Assembly: GCA_035221665.1 (NCBI GenBank)
Contig: CM069156.1
Coordinates: forward strand, 17,050,001-17,114,000
DNA length: 64,000 bases
Source: Okamejei kenojei
Taxonomy: Eukaryota
Direction: 5' to 3'
Part shown: positions 60,495 to 64,000 of the stretch, in pieces
Numbering within the stretch: the stretch's first letter is position 1
Layout: each line of letters starts with the position of its first letter
Notes under the pieces: generated by a model
Database searches by the model: none
What the model was told of the DNA's origin: nothing
What the model saw: the letters and a program-made list of their open reading frames with translations, nothing else
Position numbers and translations under genes: made by a program

Positions 60495-61417
60495 AGACAA
60501 TAGGTGCAGGAGTAGGCCATTTGGCCCTTCGAGCCAGCACCGCCATTCAATGTGATCATGGCTGATCATCCCCAATCTGTACCCCGTTCCTGCCTTTTTC
60601 CCATATTCCCTAACTCCGCTATTTTTAAGAGTTCTATCTAGCTATCTCTTGAAAGCATCTAGAGAACCTGCCTCCACCGCCCTCCGAGGCAGAGAATTCC
60701 ACAGAATCACCACTCTCTGTGAGAAAAAGAGTTTCCTTGTCTCCGTTCTAAATGGCTTACTCCTTATTCTTAAACTGTGGCCCCTGGTTCTGGACTCTCC
60801 CAACATCGGGAACACATTTCCTGCCTCTAGTGTGTCCAAGCCCTTAACAATCTTATATGTTTCAATGAGATACCCTCTCATCCTTCTAAACTCCAGAGTG
60901 TACAAGCCCAGCTGCTCCATTCTCGCAGCATATGACAGTCCCGCCATCCCGGGAATTAACAGTGTAAACCTACACTGCACTCCCTCAATAGCAAGAATGT
61001 CCTTCCTCAAATTAAGGGACCAAAACTGCACACAATACTCCACGTGTGGTCTCACTAGGGCTCTGTACAACTGCAGAAGGACCTCTTTTCTCCTATATTC
61101 GATTGTTCTTGTTATAAAGGCCAACATGCCATTCACTTTCTTCACTGCATGCTGTAACTGCATGCTTACTTTCATAGACTGATGTACAAGGACCCCCAGA
61201 TCCCGTTGTACTTCCCCTTTTCCCAACTTGACGCCATTTAGATAGTAATCTGCCTTCCTGTTTTTGCTACCAAAGTGGATAACCTCACATTTATCCACAT
61301 TAAACTTCATCTGCCATGCATCTGCCCAGTCCCCCAACCTGTCCAAGTCACCTTGCATTCTCATAGCATCCTCCTCACAGTTCACACTGCCACCCAGCTT
61401 TGTGTCATCTGCAAATT
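60495..61417 (-). mobile_element. 5'-truncated CR1 LINE with an open 247-aa RT C-terminus (60642-61385)
   Basis: KFADDTKL, QGDLDRL, LVRPHVEYCVQFW and TRGHSLRI. Confidence 0.93.
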
Positions 61418-62119
61418 TGCCTCAAGCAGTTGACATCTGCAAACAAGGATCTTCACCATTATCTATTATAAATCCACTCACTTTTACCTGTAAAAAACAC
61501 ATTTGTTTCATCTTCCTGCATTGAGCTAATGTTAAAATCAGTACTCATTTACCTAAATTCATTCTTCCTTTTCACTTGAGCTTTTCTTCCCTTTCCAATG
61601 AATTTGTGCAATAGTTACAAGTATTTAAAACTCACCGCAAGTATTAAAACTATATCTTCTTCAGAAATGTATTTAATTAAAGGTAAAGAATTCTCACTTG
61701 AACCAAAGTTTTGCTTCTTGACATGTTGATTTTGTCTGTGCCCTTTTCAAACTCAGCATATCACATGGTGTTTGGCATTTCAGTGAAGAGAAAAAAAGCA
61801 CCAACCTTGCTTCATTCTCACAACCAGCGCTAAACAAATCTAAGCAAACAGCTAAGGAATCAAAGCAATCTCTGGAGAAATGCAGCAAGACAATAATTTT
61901 GGCAGCAGCTCTCTGAACCGATGGGCTGTCACTCTCTCCCAGGGGGTTTATCTTTTTGATTTGGATAAAATTCTTGGAAATATCTTCCTCGTCTCTTCAG
62001 TACTTCCTCAGGCAGAACATAGTCCTAGTTCTCACTCTGAACTAGATGAAATATCATCAGCTCATGCATAAGATGTCTAATATATTACAATGAACATCAT
62101 AACGCTATCTAAAAACTGT

Positions 62120-62930
62120 TTGCATTTGGGCAGCCTTCCCCACCATTGAATACATCTCCATGAAGCGCTGCCTCAAGCAGTCGACATTTGCAAACAAGGA
62201 GCTTCACCATTATCTATAATAAATCCACTCACTTTTACCTGTAAATTGTCAAGTGCGGGAAAAAGTCAATAACCCAGTACTCTTGGTACATTGAGTGCCA
62301 GACGAAGATTTTTCAGACTATCAGATGTTACTCTGAGTTATACCCCTTCACCTTTATATTTTGCTTTCTTTTATGTGTTACGCAGTAATGTAATACATTT
62401 TACACATTTTCAAGTGATCTACATGGGTTTAAGAGGGAGCAGGAAATACACAGCGTACTCTGGACCTCAGTTCCAATCACAAACCTACCACATATCCAAA
62501 CCCATGGAGCCCAACCCCAGTTCCAGCCTCACCACTGGCCCACTGTGTGGACATTGGCCAAACCCCTTCCCTCTTCTTGCTGCTACCATCAGGCCTGCAG
62601 TCTCACATCACCAGGTCCAGGAACAGCTACCTTCCTACAATCTTTATCTCTTGAGCCAACCAGCACCTCCCTATTTCCACCTTCGTAAATGGACTACTGC
62701 GGACTTCCTCTTGCATTAGCATGGACTTGTTTTCCTATTGTGTTTTACACTAATGTTTAGTTTAGTTTAGTTTGCAGTCTCTTTTTTAGCTGTCTTGCAG
62801 AATGTGTGTAATTTACATGTCATTTGTGTTTGTATGTTGCCCGAGTTGATATGCCTGTGATGCAGCCACAAGCAAGATTTTAATTTCATTGTACCTGCAC
62901 CTCACCATACTTGTGCATATGCAGAATAAT
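62120..62930 (+). mobile_element. Fragmented Rex1/Babar 3' remnant
   Basis: CTTCCCCACCATTGA..AAGCGCTGCCTCAAG, LLPSG and CCAGGTCCAGGAACAGC. Confidence 0.5.
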
Positions 62931-64000
62931 CATGACGAAAGAAGGATGTCTTGGCTAGAATATGCTTCTCAATCCATTAACCTTAATGACTGCACCATAA
63001 CTATCTGTTATTCCACTTAGACCACCTGGCGCTAGACAAGACACGTATGAAAAATAGGCACTTTAACAGTATGAACAGCAATATCAATCCCCTAGCATCC
63101 CACAGCCTCAACATTCCTGTATAGCTCTTTATTTCACAATTTCTGTCGTTATTGATATTTCTTGTCCATTGCTACTTTCTATACATCTCTGGGTCAAGAA
63201 AAAACCCCAAAAAAAACTGACTACAGTGCAGACTGCATTGAAATCATTGCTTCCTGGGTTCACAATGAACTCAGACTTTGGATTCAACCCGAAGCCACCA
63301 ACCTCAAGAAGCTGAAGTTCAACAGGGAGCCTATGATAGAACTATCATCTGTTACCTGAATGTTTACAGATAACATTGCACTTTGGGTTGGTACCACCAG
63401 GGAATGGGCAAAATGGCCGTATTCTCCATTTTGCACCTGCAAATCATGAAGCTACCTATTTCAATAAAATGCGATTGAAAATGCACTTTACCCAAGTGAA
63501 CCCTGATAACAGGCACCCTTGTATCACTCTGGAAATTCAACTGGGCCTGTCTGGGCGTGAGCTGTGCTTGCACAATCCAACAGAATTCCCAAAATAAATG
63601 GACATTGAGAAATGACGTTCTGTATGCAATGCATCAGAGATATTTCTTTGTAAACCAGCATCTGTAGTTCCTTGTTTCTACAATTTTACTTTATATATTC
63701 TCCTGAGGAACAACCATCTCTGTGCACACTGTCTTAGTTCTCTGTCGAAGCAGAGCACAATAAGGTGAGTACCACCACCTATCTTCTATGCTTGGCCCCA
63801 GTCATCTAATAGGTAAAACAGACCAGCACCACAACCCAACTGTGTGGTCAAGTGGACAACCAGACAGACTCAACCCTTACCCCAATACACTCAACCATTA
63901 CCCCAATACTTCACTTGAACCTCGGACACTGCAGAAGCATACAAACAAACCACAAAATGATCATGTTATAATCCTATTGCAGCACGATACAACTTCTAAG

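Noticed and set aside
63162-63597. Two consecutive 65-73-aa ORFs (also 12900-13226 and 52020-52373)
   Set aside because: No recognisable domain or consistent splice structure, and the lengths are within chance.

Overview
This is eukaryotic, repeat-dominated DNA, almost certainly from an elasmobranch (shark/skate/ray), judged from HE1/V-SINE-type SINEs with CR1/HER1-type tails. No intact host protein-coding gene, RNA gene or CRISPR array can be supported. Main contents: (1) two full-length but decayed DIRS1-type tyrosine-recombinase retrotransposons (4296-10535 and 38619-43568, both minus strand) with ITR/ICR termini; (2) many CR1, Rex1/Babar, RTE, Vingi and Tx1 LINE fragments; (3) Neptune-type Penelope GIY-YIG remnants and many short pseudo-LTR units carrying a minimal hammerhead-ribozyme core, several with their own 10-16 bp TSDs or folded back as hairpins; (4) a solo LTR with a 5-bp TSD; (5) Harbinger and other DNA-transposon MITEs; (6) Helitron-type elements, including one composite with two outward-facing 3' ends. 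The best leads are the independently inserted hammerhead-bearing mini-elements and the cis-signals shared by the two diverged DIRS families (a splice donor about 137 nt from the left end and an extra stem beside the ICR). Other leads are an unexplained ~4-kb-spaced duplication of non-TE sequence (23.3-30 kb) with protein-like frames, and homeobox-motif-rich unique islands. All calls were made by eye. Family assignments rest on recognised motifs, not database searches, and the boundaries of degenerate repeats are approximate.
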